Below are positions 1 through 9,303 of a stretch of DNA of 64,000 nt, piece after piece; within the stretch, counting starts at the first letter, position 1; each line of letters opens with the position of its first letter. The DNA is from an uncultured Lentisphaerales bacterium (GTDB taxonomy: Bacteria; Verrucomicrobiota; Lentisphaeria; JABSQK01; UBA12247). The notes below the pieces were generated by a model. The model did not search any database. It worked only from the letters and a program-made list of their open reading frames with translations, and was not told the origin of the DNA. Position numbers and translations under genes: made by a program. The stretch lies in NCBI GenBank assembly GCA_943788985.1, contig CALSSJ010000010.1, positions 64,001 through 128,000 on the forward strand. The letters are read 5' to 3'.

Positions 1-1
1 T

Positions 2-559
2 GACGCCGCCAACAACGCCAACTCCCCTGAGCTTTGGGCGCTGCTGCCGTTTCCCGGCAAAGAGCCGCGCGCAGCACCCGCCACAGGACCAGAGGGCCCA
101 CCGCAGATTTCCGTTACCCTTGGGAAATCTTGGAAAGAGATCCGCGGCTCCCACTGGAAGACTCAGGAACTTGGCAAGCCCCAGACCTACTTTATCGAAC
201 GCGGAGACTATCGGGTCACGGTTGAATTTCCGGACGGCACGCAAGCCACCGTTCCTCTCTACCGAAACCTCCGCCTAGACCAGAGGCAGGGAATCATCAC
301 CATGGTCGCAGGAAAGCTCACCGCCGAGCCGCTCACTCTTCCGGACGTAGTGGCCCAGCTCGAGAGGTGGCTTAAGACTCTGGCCGCGAACCCGACCGAA
401 TCAAGCGCGGCCGCCTTTGCAAGCCTGCGCGACGGCCCGCTGAGGCCCGCTTCGATCATCGCCACCCGCCCAGACGGCGTCATTGCCCAATTCAATGCTA
501 GCCCGTCGCGAAAAGCCCACTGGCTCCTCGAACTTCAGCTGACGACCCCAATTAACTAG
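2..559 (+). CDS. Hypothetical protein, 5'-truncated by the window edge
   Basis: The frame of ORF 302..559 stays open back to position 2. It ends 2 nt before the DUF58 gene. Confidence 0.6.
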   Translation, partial: DAANNANSPELWALLPFPGKEPRAAPATGPEGPPQISVTLGKSWKEIRGSHWKTQELGKPQTYFIERGDYRVTVEFPDGTQATVPLYRNLRLDQRQGIITMVAGKLTAEPLTLPDVVAQLERWLKTLAANPTESSAAAFASLRDGPLRPASIIATRPDGVIAQFNASPSRKAHWLLELQLTTPIN

Positions 560-561
560 CC

Positions 562-1437
562 GTGAAAACATCCTTGCTCCCCCCGACCATGTTGCAGCGT
601 CTGGAACGCATGCGCCTCGTGAGTGCGCGGCGCAATACCAGCCGAGTGCGGGGCGAGCACCTGACAGGAAGAAGCGGCAGCAGCAACGAGTTTTCAGACT
701 ATCGCAATTACGTCGCCGGGGATGATACGCGCTTCGTCGACTGGAACGCATTTGCCCGCCTGCGCCGCCCATACATGAAGCTCTACCGCGAAGAAGACGA
801 GATGAGCGTGGTGCTTCTGATCGACGCCTCCAAATCCATGGCCGAGCACGATAAATTCACCCGCGCTCAACAGCTGGCGTTGGCCTTTGCCATCATGGCC
901 CTGTATGGCGGCGAACGTCTCAGCGCGTATGCCATCACCGGCAGTGGTGTCGCCCACTGGAAACCAGCGCGCGGCCGCGGCCAAATTGCGAAGTTCGCAC
1001 ATTTTTTAGAGACTCTCAATTCCGACGGGGAGGCGAGCATTGAAGCCTGCGCCGAGACCGCCATGCGCTATCACAGCGGGCGGGGGCTGGTCATCGTGCT
1101 CTCAGACTTCCTCACCCAGGGCGACCTCAAGAAGATGTTCAATCGCTTGTTCAGTCAGGGCCTCGAGATTATGGCCACCCAGATTCTCAGTGGGGTCGAG
1201 CTCAACCCAGAGTTGACCGGTGACGCGCGCCTGGTTGATTGCGAGACCAGCGAGGTGCTCGATGTCTCGGCGAACTCCTACCTCATGCAGCTCTACCATG
1301 AACACCTCAGCGATCTCCGAGAATTACTGGGCTCGCTCGCCAAATCACGGGGCGGGCGATATCTCAGCTTCTGCGCAGATGACCGCATTGAGGAGATGTT
1401 ATTCGGCCAGGCTCTTCGCGCCGGGTGGCTGAAATGA
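562..1437 (+). CDS. DUF58 family protein (MoxR/VWA-associated)
   Basis: Motifs GSSNEFSDYRNYVAGDDTRFVDWN, LLIDASKSM and VIVLSDFL. Confidence 0.92.
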   Translation: MKTSLLPPTMLQRLERMRLVSARRNTSRVRGEHLTGRSGSSNEFSDYRNYVAGDDTRFVDWNAFARLRRPYMKLYREEDEMSVVLLIDASKSMAEHDKFTRAQQLALAFAIMALYGGERLSAYAITGSGVAHWKPARGRGQIAKFAHFLETLNSDGEASIEACAETAMRYHSGRGLVIVLSDFLTQGDLKKMFNRLFSQGLEIMATQILSGVELNPELTGDARLVDCETSEVLDVSANSYLMQLYHEHLSDLRELLGSLAKSRGGRYLSFCADDRIEEMLFGQALRAGWLK

Positions 1438-3305
1438 AGCTAGGCTTTCATGCCCCCGCTCTCGCTTGGCTGGCCCTCCTGGCCCTTCCGCTCATCGTTG
1501 CCTATTTCCTCAAGCTGCGCCGGGCGAACTGCGCCGTCTCCTCGCTGGCATTGTGGCAGCGTGTCCTCGAGGACAAACGCGTCAATTCCCCCTTTCAGCG
1601 CTTCCGCCGGCACCTCCTGTTATTCATCCAACTGCTCGTCCTAGCCCTACTGGTCTTGGCCGCTATGCAGCCTCTCTGGGGAGGAGCTAGCGGCGGCGGG
1701 GAGCGCGTCCCGATCATCGTCGATTGCTCCGCCAGCATGGCCGCCACCACTCCGGAAGGCGGAACCCAGTTGGAGGCCGCAGTCAAGGAAGCGCGAAGCC
1801 TGATTGATTCGCTCAGCAAGAATCAGCAAGCAGCCGTGCTGGCCATGGCAGATTATCCGCGTAAGCTGGTGGATTTCACCACCGACCGCAGGCTGTTGCA
1901 TCAGGCACTGGATTCGCTCGAGACCGTAGACGTTCCAGCAGACATCTCCGCAGCCCTGGGGCTTGGCCAAGCCCTTAGCCAGAGCCACCCTTTCGAGCAA
2001 ATGCACCTGTTCACCGACGGCAACATTGACGCCCAGGCTAAGCTCAAGCTATCCTTTAACGTTCAGTTTCACCGGCTCTCGCCAGCCGAGAATAACATTG
2101 GCATCAGTGGGCTCAACGCGCGCCGCAGCCCATCCGGGGCCTGGGACCTTCTCGTGCAAGTCGATGGCAGCGGCTCCGGCACCGGAGACGTCGCCCTAAA
2201 GATCGGTGACGAAATCATTGCTCAGGGCAGAGTCGCCGTCATCGATGGCGCGGGCGATCCGCTCCTTTTCAGCGTTTCGCCCGAGCAACACAGCGTAATC
2301 GAGGTCCAGCTCAAACTCAGCCAACCCGACTCACTGGCGGCAGACAATACCGCCTATATCTCACTCGGTGTGCCCCGTGACATCACAGTCAGGGTCACCG
2401 ACCCCAGCCCATTCATCGAGCATGCCCTGTCCGTACAGGACGGCCTCCTGGTACTCGGCACAGAGTCCGAGACCAAGTTTGTCGACGTTGCCATTGCCAG
2501 CACGCCCGAAGGCCAGCAGAAAGCCGCCGTAGTGCTTGTCACCGCCGGCACCATTCCCGAAGACCTTCAGGATCTACTAACCCAACAAGACAAACAGACA
2601 GAGATCATCGACTGGCTGCGAGAAGATCCTCTGCTGTGTAACGTACCGCTCGCCGAAGTCGGGTTCGCCCAGCGAGTGGCTTGGAAGGTAGTCGAAGGCG
2701 CGTCGCAACACCAACAGCGCGCCCTGCTGGAATCCCGCGGCTACCAGATTGTAGCCTCCGGCGAAACCGGCCCTCTCATTCTCCGCTGGGGCTCCACGAG
2801 TCAGCCCGTGTACCACCTGCTATTCCACCTCAAAGACTCCGAGTTACCCATGCGCATCGGCTTTCCGGTCATGCTCACCAACCTCACCGCCATCGGTCGC
2901 AAACTAGCTGGTCTGTCAATCGTCGCCGCGACCGGCACCGGTGTACTCGCTCCCATTCACACCACCGGCGAGACCACCATCACGGTCCAAACACCAAGCG
3001 GCCTGGCGCAGCAGCTCATCAGCGACAGCGAAGGCCGGGCGGCGGGCGTGCGCGCCACCTCCGTTGGCCTCTACCCGTGGATGTCCGACAGCGACTCCGG
3101 CATCGCCACTGCCAGCCTCCTGTCCCCAACCGAGAGCCAGCTCCTCACCATCGACGAGATCAACTTCCAAGAAGACCTCCGCGTCACCACCAGCAAGGCA
3201 GGTTGGGAAGCCCAGCGCCCGCTCTGGACCTGGTTTGCGATCATTGCACTTCTCGTCCTCTTTTGGGAGTGGTGGTACTTTCAGCGCGGCGCTCGTGGCA
3301 CCTGA
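1434..3305 (+). CDS. BatA N-terminal / VWA domain membrane protein
   Basis: N-terminal LLALPLIVAYFLKLRR...VSSLALW, MIDAS-like DCSASM and FTDG, C-terminal TM LFWEWW. Overlaps the DUF58 stop (ATGA). Confidence 0.88.
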   Translation: MKLGFHAPALAWLALLALPLIVAYFLKLRRANCAVSSLALWQRVLEDKRVNSPFQRFRRHLLLFIQLLVLALLVLAAMQPLWGGASGGGERVPIIVDCSASMAATTPEGGTQLEAAVKEARSLIDSLSKNQQAAVLAMADYPRKLVDFTTDRRLLHQALDSLETVDVPADISAALGLGQALSQSHPFEQMHLFTDGNIDAQAKLKLSFNVQFHRLSPAENNIGISGLNARRSPSGAWDLLVQVDGSGSGTGDVALKIGDEIIAQGRVAVIDGAGDPLLFSVSPEQHSVIEVQLKLSQPDSLAADNTAYISLGVPRDITVRVTDPSPFIEHALSVQDGLLVLGTESETKFVDVAIASTPEGQQKAAVVLVTAGTIPEDLQDLLTQQDKQTEIIDWLREDPLLCNVPLAEVGFAQRVAWKVVEGASQHQQRALLESRGYQIVASGETGPLILRWGSTSQPVYHLLFHLKDSELPMRIGFPVMLTNLTAIGRKLAGLSIVAATGTGVLAPIHTTGETTITVQTPSGLAQQLISDSEGRAAGVRATSVGLYPWMSDSDSGIATASLLSPTESQLLTIDEINFQEDLRVTTSKAGWEAQRPLWTWFAIIALLVLFWEWWYFQRGARGT

Positions 3306-4338
3306 GCCCACACCTACCTTTGCGGAGTTCGCAATCTTCCGCGTCCCCCTGGTCCGAAAGGGTACCTGGCAGACCGCAGGCGGTCGCCAAGCCGACGCCA
3401 CCACGCTCATTCTCCGCGCCACCCTGACCACGGGCGAGGCCCTCTGCAGCGAGTCCATCCTGCTTCCCGGCCACGTTGCGGAGTCCGCAGCCTCAGCCTG
3501 GGCCGAGCTGCAGCGCGTCGCTCCCCTGATGCTTGCGGCACTGCCTGGCACCGCTCCGGCAACCACCTCTACCGCCGTTGCCGGCCTGTTCGACCAGATC
3601 GCCTGGGAGTGCCTGCGCAGGCTGCCGGCTCCTGCTCGAGTTCCGATCGCCGGCACCGTCGCCGCAGCGGACCTCCAGCAGGCAATTGCGGAGTCCGCAA
3701 CCCTCGTCGAACAGGGCTGCACCACGCTCAAGGTCAAGATCACGCCGGCCACAGCCGAATCCCTAATCGAAGCCTTGCAAGGCAGCTTCCCACAAGTGAG
3801 CATCGCCGTCGATGCCAATGGCTCCTTCAACGAAGCACAGCTGCCGCAACTAGGCGCCTGGGATCGCTACGATCTCGCCTTTCTCGAGGACCCGTTCCCG
3901 GCGGCTGCGCTCGCGCTCTCGGCTCGACTGCAACAGCGGCTGCGCACGCCCATTTGCCTTGACCTTGGCATTATCGACTCTGCAGCTGCGGAGTCCGCAA
4001 TCCGCGCCCGGGCCGGTCGTCTTCTTAACCTAAAGGTCAGCCGTCTCGGCGGCTTCACTCCGGCTCACGAGATTGCCAGCTTGGCGGCCGAAGCCGGGAT
4101 CGCCTGTCGTATCGGCAGCCTGCTCGAAAGCGCCGTCGGTACCGCAGCCCACGCTCGCTTCGGCTCTCTGCCCATCTTCACCTTGCCAGCGGGCCTCGTG
4201 CCCCCAGCCAGGCTCTACACCACCCCTGGCCTGAGTGAGCTCGCTTGCACCCGTGGTGCGCTTCCTCCATCCCCTGCAGCCCCCACGCTTGAGCAACTCC
4301 TCGCAGCAGCCGATGCCAGCGCACGCTTTGGTTCGTAG
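3295..4338 (+). CDS. Enolase-superfamily enzyme (o-succinylbenzoate synthase / N-acylamino acid racemase-like)
   Basis: KxK (LKVKI), metal ligands in VDANG, LEDPF and ICLD, plus NLKVSRLGG and LLESAVG. GTG start at 3295 inferred from overlap with the upstream stop. Confidence 0.8.
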   Translation: MAPEPTPTFAEFAIFRVPLVRKGTWQTAGGRQADATTLILRATLTTGEALCSESILLPGHVAESAASAWAELQRVAPLMLAALPGTAPATTSTAVAGLFDQIAWECLRRLPAPARVPIAGTVAAADLQQAIAESATLVEQGCTTLKVKITPATAESLIEALQGSFPQVSIAVDANGSFNEAQLPQLGAWDRYDLAFLEDPFPAAALALSARLQQRLRTPICLDLGIIDSAAAESAIRARAGRLLNLKVSRLGGFTPAHEIASLAAEAGIACRIGSLLESAVGTAAHARFGSLPIFTLPAGLVPPARLYTTPGLSELACTRGALPPSPAAPTLEQLLAAADASARFGS

Positions 4339-4340
4339 TC

Positions 4341-4526
4341 AGGCACGGAAGTGCCGTGCCCGTCGTGCGGGTGACGGAATGGGACTTGGTGACTTGGTGA
4401 CGCCCGACGACGCCATGACCCAATGACGCCCGACCAGCAGCCACTGTCACAGCGTCAGCCCAGTCAAGATGTCCGGGCGTCATCAAGTCACCGAGTCACC
4501 AAGTCCTGTTCTTCCGCGCGCACCCG
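4341..4526 (-). repeat. Solo inverted, diverged copy of the ~178-bp palindromic repeat family at 61.2-63.5 kb
   Basis: The reverse complement contains caggacttggtgactcggtgacttg...gactgggctgac...gtcatggcgtcgtcggg...gtcaccaagtcaccaagtcc, matching the array unit. Confidence 0.85.
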
Positions 4527-4721
4527 TCAAAACGCCAAGTGTTTTTTTCGCAGTTTCTGAGCACCTTGCATCGGTGCTTTGTGGGACTATCGATCGACAG
4601 CCTATTCTGACCGACACCACTACAATCGCGACCAATGGACGCTCCTTCTCAAGCATAGACCGATCAATTCTGGGTTCACCAACGGCGCCTCTATCAGAAG
4701 TTTTGCTATGGCGACCACCAG

Positions 4722-5750
4722 GTGTTAATCGTCGCAATCGGCACGGTCTTTGAGGCTGTCGGCATTGCCTTTTACGGTTGGTCGAAGATTTCGTTTGAGA
4801 TGTTTCTTCCGCTGTACGTTGGCGTGCTTGGAGTCAGTCGGCTGCTCGTCCTACTCCGAACAACCGGCCAGTTGCAGGCATTTCGAACAATGCTCCCAGA
4901 CAGCGAGCAGTTGCCAGTTCCTCCCCCGATTGACGACGCGGCTGCCGAGAAGTTCTACGTCCAGTCACAAGAGTCCGAGAGAAGCGGGGGCCCATTGATC
5001 TTTTCTTTAGCGTGCGGCGTTCCGTTGGCCGCAATGGCTTACGGGGCCGGTTTCGACACTCTCGCATTGTGCCTGCTGCTTGGGATTCCGACGGTTTTCA
5101 CATTCGTATCGTCGCAGCTCAAGCCTGGCGGCTGTCCACCCGATGGGGAGGCTTTGGCCAAGGCCCGTGGGAAACTTATTGCCATGAGGACCAGGGGGGC
5201 CCTTGGCGGGTACACGTCCTTGGGCTTCTTCGTCGCAAACCAGCGATATTGGCAGTCATGGGCGATGCGCAACCTGTTCGCTTCAATCCTGACCGTGTGT
5301 TTGTCCCTGGCAGCTTTGGCAGTCGATTCAAGCTTGTCGGCGGGGTATCCTCTGATCGCTGCGGCGGTGACGGCAGTTCTATTCTTCAACGGACGCTACC
5401 TTGCCCACGCCGTTGCTGCCTTGATGCAATCTGGGGTGGGCCGTCTAATCAAGGCCGTCGTCGTGGCGTGGGTACTCGCCTACAGCGTGGCCAAGGGAGT
5501 CCCCTCCGGGGTTCTTATGGGCCTGTTTCTTATCCCGCGTCCGCATCAGTTTCCCCTTACTGAGCTTGGTCGCGAGCGGTTGTTGCAGGACCAGAAGCTG
5601 CCTGCTGAAGTCGTGATTCCCACAGCATTCGGCGCCTTTGATCTTGCTGTCTGGCGCCTGCGAAAGCTCCGCGCCACGAGTACCGATGACGCCTGGACGA
5701 CAGTCAGCGATTTGCGCGATTCCCTTGCGGCGATTCAATGCACCCTCTGA
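4722..5750 (+). CDS. Hypothetical multi-pass membrane protein
   Basis: 342-aa ORF with several hydrophobic segments; no family recognised. Confidence 0.65.
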   Translation: MLIVAIGTVFEAVGIAFYGWSKISFEMFLPLYVGVLGVSRLLVLLRTTGQLQAFRTMLPDSEQLPVPPPIDDAAAEKFYVQSQESERSGGPLIFSLACGVPLAAMAYGAGFDTLALCLLLGIPTVFTFVSSQLKPGGCPPDGEALAKARGKLIAMRTRGALGGYTSLGFFVANQRYWQSWAMRNLFASILTVCLSLAALAVDSSLSAGYPLIAAAVTAVLFFNGRYLAHAVAALMQSGVGRLIKAVVVAWVLAYSVAKGVPSGVLMGLFLIPRPHQFPLTELGRERLLQDQKLPAEVVIPTAFGAFDLAVWRLRKLRATSTDDAWTTVSDLRDSLAAIQCTL

Positions 5751-6122
5751 GCCTCTCGCGCAGTCTCGCCGGTACTTTTTCTCGTCGCCGTCTTGTTGCT
5801 CGGCTGCAACACTCCGAGCGGGCCCCTGGTTGGCAACCGCGGACCATTGACGTCAGGAGGGATGTCGCCTGACCTCGGCGTTGTCCGATTTGCAACCGGA
5901 ATGCTGGAGCCCGAGCAGTACTCCGTTGCGAGTGCAGAGAGGTCGCTTAAGATTGACGAATCATCCGTCTCCCGCCGCACTTTGGTCGTGCTCAATATTG
6001 ATACTAGAATCACGCTTGTAGCGCTTCAGTTCGATCCTGGCCAGCTTACCCCTTGGGAGGCAGATTGGGACCCAGCGATCATCATCTCGGAAGAAGCCCG
6101 CCCCCCGCCGGACCATCCTTAA
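5738..6122 (+). CDS. Putative lipoprotein with apparent +1 frameshift at T5 (5776-5780)
   Basis: ATG at 5738 joins FLVAVLLLGC (lipobox) if one T is removed. Confidence 0.5.
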
Positions 6123-6164
6123 TCTAGGCAACCCACTTCCCCGATTAGGTCATGGAGGGGAAAT

Positions 6165-6872
6165 CTACCACTTCGATGCGCTGCATTCTGTATTGGAAGG
6201 TGGGCCGATTGCCGCGCGAGCAGAAGAGTGCTCTGGTGGCGCCGTCAGAAACACGACGCTGTCGCTGATCAACTCCACCTCCAGGCCGAAGCGCTCGCCG
6301 ATCCAGGCAAAGGTCTCAGGGCAGAAGAAGCAAATGTGGGTGATGTCATCTTTGTAGCGCCAGCGCGAGAATGCCTCAGCATCGCGCACCATCTGCGTCA
6401 TCACGGCAAGGATGCCACCCGGGCGAAGCAGTCCCCGTAGGCGCTCAAGCTCCGCGCCTGGCCGCTGCAGGTGCTCGAATACCTCGGTCGCAGTAATCGC
6501 ATCATAGCTTCGCGTATACACCGCCTGATCCGGCGCGTAGAATGGATCAAACAGGGCAACTGAATGGCCAGCTTCTTCGAGCATCACCGAAAGTGTCGGC
6601 CCCGGGCCAGAACCAAAATCCAGGACCTCGCTGCCTGCGCTCAGCCGGGCCAGGAGCGGAGTTGCGACGCGGGCCAGAAACCTCCGGTAGCCGGGATCAT
6701 CCGGTGAGTTGTGGTGCAGGTCATACTCAGCCTGCTCCCGCTCTGCGGTCGGCCAAAATTGTGGAGGCACAAAAACCAGACGGCACTGCTCACAGCGCTG
6801 ATAACTGCGCCTCTGGTCCCGTGCGAACTCCGCGGAGTTGCGAACTCCGCAAAGCGGGCAGCTGTCACTCAC
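6165..6872 (-). CDS. Class I SAM-dependent methyltransferase with N-terminal zinc-binding motif
   Basis: CPLC...CEQCRLVF, VLDFGSGPGP, YDAITATEVFEHL and DITHICFF. Confidence 0.9.
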   Translation of the reverse strand: MSDSCPLCGVRNSAEFARDQRRSYQRCEQCRLVFVPPQFWPTAEREQAEYDLHHNSPDDPGYRRFLARVATPLLARLSAGSEVLDFGSGPGPTLSVMLEEAGHSVALFDPFYAPDQAVYTRSYDAITATEVFEHLQRPGAELERLRGLLRPGGILAVMTQMVRDAEAFSRWRYKDDITHICFFCPETFAWIGERFGLEVELISDSVVFLTAPPEHSSARAAIGPPSNTECSASKW

Positions 6873-8484
6873 CGCTGATAGGCTCGGGCAGTTCAGGCCA
6901 GGCGACCGATAGCTGCGACAGCAAGTCACGCGCGATCGCAGCGTAGTGATGCCGGACTGACGGCAACGGCAGCGGGTTCGCCTCACATGCAGCGGCCAAC
7001 AATTCGCAGTCCACTCCCCACTCGGTTGCGAAGATCGCAAAGCGATGCACGACGGTCGGAAAGGTCTCGCTTACGGAGCGTAGAAATGCGGCCGCCTCGA
7101 GCGCAGCCCCAGTTGCGGACTTCGCACGCACCAGCATTGCGGCGAAGCAGCGGGTGACCGGTGCCAGGGTCTCACACAGGTAGTCTTGCGCAAGCACCGC
7201 AGCGACCACCTCCTCCAGCGAGTTCAACAGATCCTGAACGGTCAGGTTCCCCTGAATCGTCCGCCAGTGCGCAGATTCGCAGTGCCTCGCCTGCTCCGGC
7301 CACAACAGCAAGCGCATCCAGGTGAGAGCCCCCGACAGTGCGGCCTCATCGGCTCTATGACGAAACGGCAGGCTGTGGGCCCAGGAGCCGGCTCTTACAC
7401 GGTCGGTGATCTGCCGACCCCATTCCAGCGCAGCTTCGCGGTCACGGGCAGAAAGGGCGCTTTGGAGTCCGGCAAGCAGCGCTGCTACCGGACCCCGTTC
7501 ATCCACTGCCTGCGCGCTCAGGCGCTCGGCAAGGCGGGCCCAGGCTGCGCCTTCTTTCAGCTCTCCCAAGGTGACCAGCAACTCAGCAAAACGCACCGCG
7601 CTACCGGAACAATCATCCAGGCTGTGACTGCGAAGGGTGCGATCGAAACGGCCATGGTAATGATCCAAGGTCATCTCATTGTGGTAGACACGGCTCATGC
7701 CAGTAAGCGAGACATCTCCCAACAGCGCCAGATCACTCGATTTCGTAAAACACTCCAGAGCCTGCTGATAAAGTTGTTCGATCTCAGGATCGCTCCGGTG
7801 GACGCGCCGCGTCACCTTTCCCGTAGTTTCCAGCATATACCGCCCCACCACCCTGGCGGCGAATGACTGGTCTGGCTCATCAAGCAGCTTGTCCAGCGCC
7901 CAGCAATAGTCCAAAGATAAGCGTACCCCTGGCAGCAGGCCTCCTGTGCCCACGAGCGCGGCTGGAACCAAGGTGCGCTGCCAACGATCCCAACTGCGGG
8001 CTGCCTGCCGCGGAGCTTGCGGTCCAGACATCTTGGCGGCTACCGAGAAGGCTCTTCCAAAGGAGCCGCCGGTAACGGCGGGAAGTGGAGGAACCACTTG
8101 CCGCGCGCGAAGCATTTCGTAGGTAAAGGCACGCCCACTCCGAACCCGGCGCAAGGGCGTTGCGGACTTCGCAACCGTGGGCCCGAGGAAGGCCAAAGCT
8201 TCCGGCAACAGGTTTGCCTTCAAGTCGTGATGGATGCGCAGCCCGACCTGCAAACAATGGTCCTGGGCTTTCTCAGGGCAGGCGATGCCCAGCGAGGTCG
8301 GCAGGCACCACCCGTCTGAAGCTGAGCCGGCGAGCATAAAGGACCAGAAGCCCCACTGTTGCGGCATCGCGCGGGTGGCAAAGTTGTGCCTCCAGACAGC
8401 GATCTGGAAGAGACTACGCAGGGGGCGCGAGATCTCAGGATGCGCCAGAACCGCGCCGGTTAGGTCCTCATCGGGAATCAGCAT
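6865..8484 (-). CDS. Hypothetical protein (helical C-terminal half)
   Basis: Long ORF (6865..8682) overlapping the methyltransferase start. True start uncertain; ATG 8484 chosen. Confidence 0.6.
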   Translation of the reverse strand: MLIPDEDLTGAVLAHPEISRPLRSLFQIAVWRHNFATRAMPQQWGFWSFMLAGSASDGWCLPTSLGIACPEKAQDHCLQVGLRIHHDLKANLLPEALAFLGPTVAKSATPLRRVRSGRAFTYEMLRARQVVPPLPAVTGGSFGRAFSVAAKMSGPQAPRQAARSWDRWQRTLVPAALVGTGGLLPGVRLSLDYCWALDKLLDEPDQSFAARVVGRYMLETTGKVTRRVHRSDPEIEQLYQQALECFTKSSDLALLGDVSLTGMSRVYHNEMTLDHYHGRFDRTLRSHSLDDCSGSAVRFAELLVTLGELKEGAAWARLAERLSAQAVDERGPVAALLAGLQSALSARDREAALEWGRQITDRVRAGSWAHSLPFRHRADEAALSGALTWMRLLLWPEQARHCESAHWRTIQGNLTVQDLLNSLEEVVAAVLAQDYLCETLAPVTRCFAAMLVRAKSATGAALEAAAFLRSVSETFPTVVHRFAIFATEWGVDCELLAAACEANPLPLPSVRHHYAAIARDLLSQLSVAWPELPEPISGE

Positions 8485-8800
8485 CGGCCGGGCGGCACCA
8501 AGAAGGTCCGAAGTCCAGGGCTGCCAGGGATAGCGGCCGTCTCCAAGGATGGTCGCGAAACGACAGCTGTTTTTACTTGCGAGAAGGTGAAACAGCTCGT
8601 CGGTGCATTTCTGTGGCGAAAAATTTAGCATTTCTTGAATATGCCATAGGCACCCCAGTGAGCCAACGCCGCACGGATTCAAAAGCCTTGGTGAGGCTCG
8701 TGGCGGACTTGAGGGGCGTTTAATCTACGCAGCTAAACCGCAATTATTCCGAACAGTCAGGCGTGAGAAGCCTCAACCCTCTGCATTTGCTAGTCAAAAT

Positions 8801-8870
8801 AAGATACTGAAATACACTTAACCAAACTAAACTGCACTTTACGCAACTATACTACAGTTTATTTCAATAA
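8801..8870 (+). promoter_or_regulatory. AT-rich array of seven 10-bp phased repeats (consensus ANNNNACTNN); candidate tubC-like centromere/operator
   Basis: aagatACTga aatacACTta accaaACTaa actgcACTtt acgcaACTat actacAGTtt atttcAATaa, directly upstream of the wHTH-tubulin gene pair. Confidence 0.65.
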
Positions 8871-8886
8871 AGATGCTGTTTGCTGC

Positions 8887-9303
8887 TTGACAGCACGCAT
8901 TGAGTTGCCAAGATACCCATCCGCAGACCACACGGGCAAGGTCGCCCGTCACCTACAATCCGGACAGCAGCCAGTGAGTGAGCTTTTTGCAGAGCAGGTA
9001 GAGCACCTTCGCGAGACCCATTTTCTCGTGTTGTTCTGGGCTGCGAAGGCTGAGAGTAAGAGTCGTGTGTATAATCTTACAAATGCCTTTGATGATCTCA
9101 AGGCTCACGACATTACCCGGACTAAGCAGACGGCTATGGCCTGTGTGGAAGCGCTTTGTCAGCTCCGCTTTTTAAACGTTCGCGACGAGCGCAATCGCAA
9201 GAATCTCTATATTACAACCCACGGAGCAAAGGCGATCGAGCAGCTGGCCACCAGCCATCGATTTCAAGTCCGCCGCTCCACTTTCCTGGAGGGAATCGCA
9301 TGA
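8887..9303 (+). CDS. Winged-helix DNA-binding protein, TubR-like
   Basis: Helix-turn-helix followed by a wing: LCQLRFLNVRDERNRKNLYITTHG. An alternative GTG start at 8974 gives a 109-aa protein. Its stop overlaps the next ATG. Confidence 0.7.
   Translation: MTARIELPRYPSADHTGKVARHLQSGQQPVSELFAEQVEHLRETHFLVLFWAAKAESKSRVYNLTNAFDDLKAHDITRTKQTAMACVEALCQLRFLNVRDERNRKNLYITTHGAKAIEQLATSHRFQVRRSTFLEGIA

Noticed and set aside
4341..4526. Integron attC site
   Set aside because: No clear RYYYAAC...GTTRRRY ends and no integron integrase; better explained as a member of the repeat family.
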